Shown piece by piece: positions 28,349 to 36,158 of a stretch of 38,272 nt of DNA. The notes under the pieces were generated by a model. It ran no database searches, was not told the DNA's origin, and saw nothing but the letters and a program-made list of their open reading frames with translations. The translations under genes were made by a program, and so were the position numbers. Numbering within the stretch: the first letter of the stretch is position 1; each line of letters starts with the position of its first letter. This DNA is from Deltaproteobacteria bacterium (GTDB taxonomy: Bacteria > Myxococcota_A > Polyangia > Polyangiales > Houyiibacteriaceae), in NCBI GenBank assembly GCA_019309605.1, contig JAFDFW010000003.1:1-38272 (forward strand), given 5' to 3'.

Positions 28349-29164
28349 TCACGAGTCGAGGGTGATCCGCGACGCTCTTATGAACTCCGCCGTGGCTGGG
28401 TGCTCGGTGTGCAGCAACTCCTGTGGTGTGCCCGTGGCTGCGATCTCGCCCTGGTGCAGGAAGCTCAGGTGGTCAGCAATGCGTACCACGGAGGCCATGT
28501 CGTGGCTGATCACGATCGAGGTGATGCCGAACATCTCCTCCGCTTCGACGATCAACTCGTCGACCATCTCTGTGGTGATCGGGTCCAGGCCTGTGGTGGG
28601 CTCGTCGTAGATCAGAATCTCGCTCTCGAGGATCATCGCCCGCGCTACCGCGACGCGCTTTTGCATGCCTCCGGACAGCTGGGCGGGCAGCTTCTGGGCG
28701 GCGCCCGCGATCCCGAGCGCCGACAAGCGATCCATCACACGATCGCGCACCTCTGTGCGTGACAGATCGGTGTGCTCGCGCACGGGGAACGCGACGTTGT
28801 CGAATACCGTCATGGAATCGAACAGCGCCGACATCTGAAACACCATCCCGAAGGTGCGGCGCATGGCCGCGAGGTCGAGGCCTTCGAGCTTGGCGAAGTC
28901 CACGCCGTTGACGAGGAGCTCGCCCGAGTCAGGCGTCTCCAGACGAATCAGTTGACGCATCAGCACGGTTTTGCCCGACCCCGAAGGACCGATGATCAAG
29001 TTCGTCTTCCCGCGATAGATGTCGAGAGACACACCCTTGAGCACGTGTTGTTTACCGTAGGTCTTGTGCACATCACGAATGGCGACGTGCACCGGGTTGT
29101 CCTTCTCCTGCGGTGGCAGCGGCGGCCGCGTCAGGCGCATCAAGTTGGCTCGAAACACCTTCAT
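28349..29164 (-). CDS. mlaF: ABC transporter ATP-binding protein, MlaF/Ttg2A family
   Basis: 271 aa from MKVFRANL. Walker A GPSGSGKT, signature LSGGMQKRV, Walker B ILIYDEPT. The ATG shares one nt with the mlaE stop (TGATG). The 527-aa track ORF is an extension. Confidence 0.88.
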   Translation of the reverse strand: MKVFRANLMRLTRPPLPPQEKDNPVHVAIRDVHKTYGKQHVLKGVSLDIYRGKTNLIIGPSGSGKTVLMRQLIRLETPDSGELLVNGVDFAKLEGLDLAAMRRTFGMVFQMSALFDSMTVFDNVAFPVREHTDLSRTEVRDRVMDRLSALGIAGAAQKLPAQLSGGMQKRVAVARAMILESEILIYDEPTTGLDPITTEMVDELIVEAEEMFGITSIVISHDMASVVRIADHLSFLHQGEIAATGTPQELLHTEHPATAEFIRASRITLDS

Positions 29165-30012
29165 CAGAAAAGCCCCTGCCCCAGGACGAGGCCCGTCACC
29201 AGATAGTCGAGCATGAGAATGGCGATAGCGCTTTGCACGACCGCGCGGTTGGTCGCGCGCCCTACTCCCGCGGCGCCACCCTCCGCGTAGAAGCCCTGGC
29301 GACAGGCGATCAGGGTTACCGCGACGCCGAACACCATAGCCTTGATCAAGCCTTGCGAGACGTCCTCCCAATCGACGAGCCACTTTAGCCGGTCCATGAA
29401 CACGCCCGGGTCGAGCCCCATCAGTGACACCGCCACGACGAACGCACCGAACACGCCGACGACGTTGAAGAGCATTGTGAGCACCGGCACCATCACGAAC
29501 CCGGCCACCAACCTGGGCACGACCAGGTACTGCACGGGATTGACCGCCATCGTGACGAGCGCGTCGATCTGATTGGTGACGCGCATGGAGCCGAGCTCCG
29601 TCGTCATCGCGCTCCCTGCTCGGCTCGTGACCATGAGCGCGGCGAACACCGGCCCGACCTCCCGGGCTAACGCCAGCCCGATCACGGCCCCGCTTTGGCT
29701 CTCGGCGCCGAAATCGCGAAAGCCGTCCACGAGCTGCAGAGCGAGCACGGCTCCCACGAACAGCGCAGTGAGCGAGATGATGAAGATCGAGCCGATGCCG
29801 ATGAACTCCATCGCTTCGACCAGAAGCCGGCCGCGGTACGGCGGGCGGACACCCCAGAAGAGCGCCTCCCAGAGAAGCTTGAACAGCGCGCCGATCTCGA
29901 CGAACGGCGACATGCACACCTTGAAGAGCCACTCGCTGAAGTCACGCGCGGCGGTGCGCAGCTTCGAGGGCTTTTCCGGGGTCGCGGACGCGGTAGGCGC
30001 GGCGTCAGGCAC
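29164..30012 (-). CDS. mlaE: ABC transporter permease, MlaE/YrbE family
   Basis: 282 aa with a GTG start. Conserved segments REVGPVFAALMVTSRAGSAMTTELGSMRVTNQIDAL and GGAAGVGRATNRAVV. The start position is uncertain. Confidence 0.85.
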   Translation of the reverse strand: MPDAAPTASATPEKPSKLRTAARDFSEWLFKVCMSPFVEIGALFKLLWEALFWGVRPPYRGRLLVEAMEFIGIGSIFIISLTALFVGAVLALQLVDGFRDFGAESQSGAVIGLALAREVGPVFAALMVTSRAGSAMTTELGSMRVTNQIDALVTMAVNPVQYLVVPRLVAGFVMVPVLTMLFNVVGVFGAFVVAVSLMGLDPGVFMDRLKWLVDWEDVSQGLIKAMVFGVAVTLIACRQGFYAEGGAAGVGRATNRAVVQSAIAILMLDYLVTGLVLGQGLF

Positions 30013-30044
30013 GAGGCTTCATACCATGCTTCGGCCCCTGAACG

Positions 30045-31199
30045 TCAGGCATTCAGATAGACACGCGGGACTCGGCGGGACACGTTGGTCAGCACCTCAT
30101 ACGGGATGGTTCCGGCCGCCTTCGCAAGGTCGCGAGCATCGAGAACGGCACCTTGTTGCTCCCCGAGCAGTAGCGCTTCGTCACCGATCGCCACGTCGGG
30201 AACGTCCGAAACGTCGACGGTGGTGAGGTCCATCGCGATGTTTCCTGCGATGCGACAACGGACGCCGCGGATCAACACGTGCCCGCGATTCGACGCGGAA
30301 CGCAGCAACCCGTCCCCGTACCCGATGGGAATCGTTGCCAGGAGCGTCTCCGAGGTCGCTCGAAACGAGCGCCCGTAGCCCGCGGAGTCACCCGGCTCGA
30401 GCGTCCGCAGTCGAAGAACCTCCGTGCGCCAACGCATCGCCGGCCGAAGCGGCGCGACGATCGACTCGGAGCCAGGGTAACCGTAGAGCGCGAGCCCCGG
30501 ACGCACCCAATCAAAATGGGTTTCCGGATGCCGAAAACAAGCCGCGCTGTTGGCTGCGTGCAAGACGACCGGCTCGTGACCAAAACGGCGAACGAGCCCT
30601 TGCGCCTGCGCGAAGCCGGCGACCTGTTCCGCCACGTACTCTGGGTCGGCGTCCGCGGTCGAAAGGTGAGTCATGAGACCCGCGATTCGAATCGAAGGGA
30701 ATCGCCGAAGCTCCCGAAGGAACTCGCTGAGCTCGCTGAGCGGCACGCCTAGACGGCCCATCCCGGTGTCTACTTTGAGATGCACGTCGATCGGGCGGTC
30801 GCCGGAGACCGCTTCAAAGGCGCTCGCCTCGGCGAGCTCGTAGAGCACGGGAGTGAGCCCGGCCGCGATGATGTCACGGTGGGCGCCGCCGCTGATCCCA
30901 TTGAGCACGAGAATCGCGCGGTCGATGCCGGCCTCACGAAGCTCGATTCCTTCCTCGGCAAGCGCAACGCCAAAGCCATCGACACCTTCGGCCTGCAGCC
31001 GTTGAGCGACGGGAACCACGCCGTGCCCGTACGCGTCCGCCTTCACCACAGCGAGGACCTTGCGTCCTCGCGCCGCGCCCCGCACCACTTGCAGATTGTG
31101 ACCGATCGCGTCGAGCATGACCTCGGCGCGCGTCGGCCGCAGGGCCGCGTCGGCACTCTGCACGCGTGGCCTCAATGGCGTGGGGGAATCGGACTGCAC
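30045..31199 (-). CDS. alr: alanine racemase
   Basis: 384 aa. PLP-lysine motif AVVKADAYGHG and IPIGYGDG. GTG start; the exact start is uncertain. Confidence 0.92.
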   Translation of the reverse strand: MQSDSPTPLRPRVQSADAALRPTRAEVMLDAIGHNLQVVRGAARGRKVLAVVKADAYGHGVVPVAQRLQAEGVDGFGVALAEEGIELREAGIDRAILVLNGISGGAHRDIIAAGLTPVLYELAEASAFEAVSGDRPIDVHLKVDTGMGRLGVPLSELSEFLRELRRFPSIRIAGLMTHLSTADADPEYVAEQVAGFAQAQGLVRRFGHEPVVLHAANSAACFRHPETHFDWVRPGLALYGYPGSESIVAPLRPAMRWRTEVLRLRTLEPGDSAGYGRSFRATSETLLATIPIGYGDGLLRSASNRGHVLIRGVRCRIAGNIAMDLTTVDVSDVPDVAIGDEALLLGEQQGAVLDARDLAKAAGTIPYEVLTNVSRRVPRVYLNA

Positions 31200-31275
31200 G
31201 GCTTGGGGCTAACGGTTGGCACCGCCGGCGTCAAGCATTGGCGTCCCCGCACTGGGGGGTTAGGCTCCCGATTGC

Positions 31276-32175
31276 ATGGTACGTGCCCAACGACGCCACG
31301 CGGAGGCGGTGAAGCCCGCCGACCAGCGGTCCAAGCGCGTGCTGTGGGGTGGAATGCTCGTCGGCGGGCTCATCGCAGTCGGCATCGCCCTCGCTCCGGG
31401 GTTCCGGAAGCCACCCGAAGAAACCGTCGCTCCCGTCGACATCACACCGAGCGAGATTTCCCGTCCCGTCGCGGCGCCGGAGATCGAAGAGCTTCGCGTG
31501 CACGTCATTCGCAAGTACCCGCACGCAACGGACGCCTTCACGCAGGGGCTGCTCTGGCACGAAGGCGTCATGTACGAGAGCACGGGCCAGTACGGGCAAT
31601 CGTCGCTACGCAAGGTCCGACTCGAAGACGGAAAGGTGCTCGCGCAGCGCAAGCTCGGACCAAAACTATTTGGCGAAGGCTTGGACCGGGTCGGCGAGCG
31701 TCTGATTCAGCTCACCTGGCGCTCGGGGCTCGCCTTCGTGTCGGACCTGACCACCCTCGAAGAACAAGAGACGCTCAGCTACCGCGGTGAGGGCTGGGGC
31801 CTCTGCTACGACGGGACGGCGCTGGTGATGAGCGATGGTTCGTCGATGCTCGAGCTTCGTGACCCCGGGTCGATGGCGCTCTTGGGCGAGATGAGCGTAT
31901 TGAAAGACGGACGCCCCATACGACAACTCAACGAGCTCGAGTGTGTAGGCTCCGAGATCTACGCCAACATCTGGCAGCGCGACGAGATCCTCCGGATCGA
32001 TCGCAAGAGCGGGCGTGTCACGGCAACGATCGACGCGAGTGGCTTGTTGTCACGCGCCGAAGCGAGACGCGCAGACGTCCTCAACGGCATCGCGTACAAG
32101 CCGGAGTCGAAGACCTTCCTGCTGACGGGAAAACATTGGCCTCACGTGTTCGAGGTGGAGTTCGTGCCCCGCTGA
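31276..32175 (+). CDS. glutaminyl-peptide cyclotransferase (bacterial/plant beta-propeller type), membrane-anchored
   Basis: 299 aa. N-terminal TM helix VLWGGMLVGGLIAVGIALA, then YPHATDAFTQGLLWHEGVMYESTGQYGQSSLRKV, characteristic of the Glu_cyclase_2 family. Confidence 0.85.
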   Translation: MVRAQRRHAEAVKPADQRSKRVLWGGMLVGGLIAVGIALAPGFRKPPEETVAPVDITPSEISRPVAAPEIEELRVHVIRKYPHATDAFTQGLLWHEGVMYESTGQYGQSSLRKVRLEDGKVLAQRKLGPKLFGEGLDRVGERLIQLTWRSGLAFVSDLTTLEEQETLSYRGEGWGLCYDGTALVMSDGSSMLELRDPGSMALLGEMSVLKDGRPIRQLNELECVGSEIYANIWQRDEILRIDRKSGRVTATIDASGLLSRAEARRADVLNGIAYKPESKTFLLTGKHWPHVFEVEFVPR

Positions 32176-33023
32176 TGTAGCGGGTGTTCTCTTGTGCGGA
32201 CCTCGATCTCGGGCTCCCACTCGGCAAGTCGCGTGCGCATCGTCGCAATCGCGTCGGGACTTTCATCGATGAGCACGAAGCCGCGGCCATGGCGCGCGGC
32301 AGCCTCGCCAGTCGTCCCACTCCCTGCGAAAAAATCGAGAACCGTATCTCCCGGCTCGCTGTGCACCTTGATGATGCGCTCGAGCACGCCGAGCGGTTTC
32401 TGGGTGGGGTAGCCGGTTTTCTCTTTGCCATTGGTCGGGACGATCGTGTGCCACCAAACGTCGGTCGGAGTCTTGCCGCGAGCCGCCTTTTCTTTCCCCA
32501 CGAGCCCGGGAGCCATGTACGGAATGCGATCCATCTCTTCGAACTGAAAGACGTAGCGCTTGGGGTCTAGGACGTACCAAAGCAGGGTATCGTGCTTGGC
32601 TGGCCACCATCGCTTGGGTCGCCCTCCAAAGTCGTACGCCCAAATGATCTCGTTGCGAAAACGATCCCTGCCCAAGAGGCGGTCCAACGCGACCTTTACA
32701 TAGTGCACTTCGCGATAGTCGAGGTGCACGAACAAGGAACCGTCGGCGGTCAGACACGGAAGCGCCGCTTCGATTCGGCTCATCAGAAAAGGAATGTAGG
32801 CGTCGAACTCGTCTTCGTAGGCCGGGCTGTCGACCCGCTCCACGTCGTAACGCCGACCGCCAAACCCCTGTCGCTCGCCGTCCACGGCCGCCCGCACCTG
32901 CATGCGCTGGCGGGACTGCTTGTGTCCCGTGTTGAACGGCGGGTCGATGTAGATCAATCGCGCGTGCTCGCGCGGAAGTGTCTGGAGGACCTCCAAGTTG
33001 TCGCCCTGAACGATTCGCTTCAC
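32142..33023 (-). CDS. beta-class N6-adenine/N4-cytosine DNA methyltransferase, no adjacent nuclease
   Basis: Catalytic motif [10 protein letters not shown] lies near the N-terminus and the SAM motif [15 protein letters not shown] near the C-terminus (beta-class order). I chose the GTG at 33023 ([13 protein letters not shown]). The TTG at 33110 would collide with the thiS start. The 3' end overlaps the cyclase gene by 34 nt. Confidence 0.82.
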   Translation of the reverse strand: MKRIVQGDNLEVLQTLPREHARLIYIDPPFNTGHKQSRQRMQVRAAVDGERQGFGGRRYDVERVDSPAYEDEFDAYIPFLMSRIEAALPCLTADGSLFVHLDYREVHYVKVALDRLLGRDRFRNEIIWAYDFGGRPKRWWPAKHDTLLWYVLDPKRYVFQFEEMDRIPYMAPGLVGKEKAARGKTPTDVWWHTIVPTNGKEKTGYPTQKPLGVLERIIKVHSEPGDTVLDFFAGSGTTGEAAARHGRGFVLIDESPDAIATMRTRLAEWEPEIEVRTREHPLHQRGTNSTSNT

Positions 33024-33109
33024 GCAGGCGAGCCTACCATCCGCTGGTGAGCACGCCCATCTTCGAACCCGCTTGCAGCGTCGCGGGGGCCGCCCTAGGC
33101 TCACGGCCA

Positions 33110-33310
33110 ATGCGACTCGTGGTCAACGGCGAAGAACGGCAGGTCGGGCAAAGCACGACCGTGAAGCAGCTCCTCGCCTCGATGGGCCTGGCAGACACCT
33201 TGGTCGCCGTGGAGCGCAACGAAGAAGTCGTGCCGCGCGCCCAACACGAAAGCGCCGAGCTGACAGAAGGCGACCGAGTCGAGGTGGTTCATTTCGTAGG
33301 AGGCGGTTAG
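33110..33310 (+). CDS. thiS: sulfur carrier protein ThiS
   Basis: 66 aa, [12 protein letters not shown]... ending in GG (HFVGGG). Lies directly upstream of thiG. Confidence 0.9.
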   Translation: MRLVVNGEERQVGQSTTVKQLLASMGLADTLVAVERNEEVVPRAQHESAELTEGDRVEVVHFVGGG

Positions 33311-34108
33311 GTGTCCGAAGATGTGTTGAAGATCGGTGGCTTCGAGTTTCGTTCGCGTCTGTTCACGGGTACGGGCAAGTACCCGGACCTCGATACCGCC
33401 AGGGAAGCGCTGCGAGCCTCCGGTTGTGAAGTCGTCACCGTCGCGGTGCGGCGCGTCGACTTGAAGGCGACCGGGGCCGATTCGATCATGACGGTCCTCC
33501 GCGAAGGCAACTACACGCTCCTTCCAAACACCGCCGGCTGCTACACGGCCGAGGATGCGCTTCGCACCGCGCGGCTCGGGCGAGAGCTACTCGACACGCC
33601 TCTGGTCAAGCTCGAGGTCATCGGTGACGAGAAAACCCTCTTCCCTGACGTCCCCGCAACGCTCGAGGCCGCCAAGACACTGGTCGCCGAGGGCTTCACC
33701 GTCCTGCCCTACTTCAACGACGACCCCGTTGCTGCGCGGCGATTGGAAGATCTGGGCTGCGCCGCGGTCATGCCCCTTGCCGCGCCGATCGGCAGTGGGC
33801 TCGGCGTCCGCAACCCCTTCAACATCGAGATCATCGTGAAGCACGCCAACGTGCCGGTCATCGTCGATGCGGGGGTCGGAACAGCCTCCGACGCCGCCAT
33901 TGCCATGGAGCTCGGCATCGACGGAGTGTTGATGAACACGGCGATCGCCGGCGCAAAGGACCCGGTTCGAATGGCGCGTGCGATGAAGGCCGGGGTTGAG
34001 GCCGGCCGCGACGCATTCCTCGCCGGCCGTATCCAACGCAAGCTCTACGCAACGGCATCGAGTCCGCTGGAGGGCGTCATCGGCTCCGAGCAGGACGGCC
34101 GCTCCTAG
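33311..34108 (+). CDS. thiG: thiazole synthase ThiG
   Basis: 265 aa. The GTG start abuts the thiS stop. Motifs [44 protein letters not shown]. Confidence 0.95.
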   Translation: MSEDVLKIGGFEFRSRLFTGTGKYPDLDTAREALRASGCEVVTVAVRRVDLKATGADSIMTVLREGNYTLLPNTAGCYTAEDALRTARLGRELLDTPLVKLEVIGDEKTLFPDVPATLEAAKTLVAEGFTVLPYFNDDPVAARRLEDLGCAAVMPLAAPIGSGLGVRNPFNIEIIVKHANVPVIVDAGVGTASDAAIAMELGIDGVLMNTAIAGAKDPVRMARAMKAGVEAGRDAFLAGRIQRKLYATASSPLEGVIGSEQDGRS

Positions 34109-34118
34109 CCCCACGACG

Positions 34119-34757
34119 ATGACCCCAGGGCTTCCGAGGATCTGGATCATCACCGACCCGAGCCACCCTGACGGCCCGGTGACCCCGGTTCGACGCGCAC
34201 TCGAAGGATGCCGCCCTGGCCTCGTAGGAGTGCAACTCAGGGCAAAGCACGCATCCGATCGCCAACTGGTCCAATGGGGCCGAGAGTTGCGCGAAGCGAC
34301 CCGTGCCTCCGGAAGCACGTTGGCGGTCAACCGACGGGTGGACGTCGCCCAGATCGTCGACGCGGACGGAGTGCACCTCCCCGAGCTCGGCTTACCGATC
34401 GCCGCCATCCGCGAACAATGGCCCGAACTTCCAATGACCGGCGTCTCACGACACGATCGGGCAGGCTTGATGGCTGCCAAGCAAGATCGCGCGACCTATG
34501 CATTTCTGAGCCCCGTCTTCAAGGTCCCGGGCAAAGCTCAGCCGATCGGTATCCATGGCTTTCGTCGCGCGATCGCGGATGTCGGCATTCCGACATACGC
34601 ACTTGGAGGCATCGGAGACCATGATTGGAAGGCGCTGCTCGGTGCAGGCGCATTCGGCGTCGCGATCCGCCGGGCGATCTATGCGGCACCTGAGCCGAGC
34701 GAAGCCTTGCAGCGATTCGTGTGCGAGCTTGACAAGAGCCTCGCAAACGGCGAATAG
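34119..34757 (+). CDS. thiE: thiamine-phosphate synthase ThiE
   Basis: 212 aa from MTPGLPRIWIITD. Features VQLRAK, VNRRVDVA, DGVHL and GGI. Follows thiG by 10 nt. Confidence 0.85.
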   Translation: MTPGLPRIWIITDPSHPDGPVTPVRRALEGCRPGLVGVQLRAKHASDRQLVQWGRELREATRASGSTLAVNRRVDVAQIVDADGVHLPELGLPIAAIREQWPELPMTGVSRHDRAGLMAAKQDRATYAFLSPVFKVPGKAQPIGIHGFRRAIADVGIPTYALGGIGDHDWKALLGAGAFGVAIRRAIYAAPEPSEALQRFVCELDKSLANGE

Positions 34758-34765
34758 CCAGCTTT

Positions 34766-35392
34766 GTGGGAGCGGTTCGTAGCGGGTTCGGGTGCCTGTC
34801 ATGGGTCGGCGCCGGCATCATCGTAGTCGCGTTGGTGCTCAAGGTGCTGCTGTTCGACATGGCCGAAGTGGGGCACAACGGGATGGCGCCCACGCTGCTG
34901 CGGGGCGAGCGCGTCCTGATCAACAAGAGGGCCGCCCCGGAAGTCGGGTCGATCGCGGTCTGCAGGCACCCCACCGAGGATGGCTGGGTTGTCGGCCGGG
35001 TCGCGGCGACCGAGGGCATGGTCATCGACTCTTTCGGCGACAAGCTCCGCATCGATGGCAGGCCGGTCGTACTCGAGAGCGGGGGCAAGACCTCCTTCCA
35101 CAACGCCGACAACGGGCGGACCCGCACGCTGACCTGGGGCGAGGAGTCTTTCGGACCGAAACGCCACCAAATCTTCGTGGCCGAGGACGGCCGACATCTG
35201 GTTCGAAAAATCGAGGTATCGGCGGGCGAGCTCTACCTGCTCGGCGACTACCGGCCCTACATGGGACAGGACAGCCGTGCCTATGGGGTCGTGGAAGCAT
35301 CGACATGCCGCGGCACGATCGTCTTTCGTGTCATCCCGGTGGACGGCTTCGAGGGCAAGCTCGCCCACGGTTATTTCGAGCTGATTCGATAG
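34766..35392 (+). CDS. S26 signal peptidase I homologue with catalytic Ser and Lys replaced (predicted inactive)
   Basis: 208 aa with a GTG start. N-terminal TM helix, then S26 boxes: NGMAPTLL (canonical SM.PTL, Ser to Gly at 34880-34882), VVGRVAATEGM (canonical KR..G.PGD, Lys to Gly at 34994-34996), LGDYRPYMGQDSRAYGVV (canonical GDN...S.DSR). Confidence 0.7.
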   Translation: MGAVRSGFGCLSWVGAGIIVVALVLKVLLFDMAEVGHNGMAPTLLRGERVLINKRAAPEVGSIAVCRHPTEDGWVVGRVAATEGMVIDSFGDKLRIDGRPVVLESGGKTSFHNADNGRTRTLTWGEESFGPKRHQIFVAEDGRHLVRKIEVSAGELYLLGDYRPYMGQDSRAYGVVEASTCRGTIVFRVIPVDGFEGKLAHGYFELIR

Positions 35393-35462
35393 TGGCGCTT
35401 CCGCGTTGCCTGACGGCCGGTCCGATCTATGCTCCGCGCGCCGAGGACAACGGAATCGCCCG

Positions 35463-36158
35463 ATGAGAGTCGCTGTCGTACAATTTCCAGGCTCAAATGC
35501 CGACTGGGACGCCCTGCATGCCGTGCGTGACGTACTGGGTGCGGACGCCTGGTACGCCTTCCACAAAGAAACCAGCCTAGGCGACGCCGACGCCGTCGTA
35601 ATTCCTGGAGGCTTCTCCTACGGGGACTACCTGCGTGCCGGCGCGATCGCGGGGTTCAGCCCGATCGACAACGCGGTCCGCGAGTTCGCAGGTCGCGGCG
35701 GGCCGGTCCTCGGAATCTGCAACGGCTTTCAGATTCTGACGGAGATGGGGCTCCTACCCGGCGCGCTGACGCGAAATGCGCACCTTCGTTTCGAGTGCCG
35801 CGACATCCACCTGCGCGTCGAGAACGAAGGCCCGTTCACCGACATGGGCCAAGGCACTGTGCTCCGCCTACCGATCGCACATGCAGACGGCCGATATCAC
35901 ACGACCGAAGAAGGGCTCGCCGAGCTCGAGCGCAACGGGCAAATCGCTTTCCGCTACAGCACACGCCAAGGCGACGCCCCGAACGGGAGCGATGCCAACC
36001 CCAATGGCTCGGTGGGTGACATCGCCGGGGTGTACAACCGCCAAAAGAACGTTCTCGGGATGATGCCGCACCCCGAACGGGCTAGCGAAGCCATCCTCGG
36101 CAACGACGACGGGTTGTCTCTGTTCAAATCGCTTCGGCGTCACTTGGGGTTCGAATGA
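35463..36158 (+). CDS. purQ: phosphoribosylformylglycinamidine synthase, glutaminase subunit PurQ
   Basis: 231 aa from [12 protein letters not shown]. Catalytic Cys in GICNGFQIL and HPE in MMPHPER. The stop overlaps the purL start (ATGA). Confidence 0.93.
   Translation: MRVAVVQFPGSNADWDALHAVRDVLGADAWYAFHKETSLGDADAVVIPGGFSYGDYLRAGAIAGFSPIDNAVREFAGRGGPVLGICNGFQILTEMGLLPGALTRNAHLRFECRDIHLRVENEGPFTDMGQGTVLRLPIAHADGRYHTTEEGLAELERNGQIAFRYSTRQGDAPNGSDANPNGSVGDIAGVYNRQKNVLGMMPHPERASEAILGNDDGLSLFKSLRRHLGFE

Noticed and set aside
31217-31232. TGGCAC hexamer suggesting a sigma54 -24 element upstream of the cyclase gene. The same hexamer also occurs at 16982-16987.
   Set aside because: The -12 GC dinucleotide is not at the required spacing (TGGCACCGCCGGCGTC gives GT at the -12 position). 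The copy at 16982 is better explained as the third MraZ box on the other strand.
33024-33109. Possible TPP riboswitch in the 86-bp leader upstream of thiS.
   Set aside because: Only loose resemblance was found (GCUGGUGAGC versus the CUGAGA thi-box; UUCGAACC versus GAACCUGA). I found no convincing P1-P5 helices, no UGAGA core, and the spacer is shorter than a full aptamer. A cmscan with RF00059 would settle it, and I would not annotate it without that.
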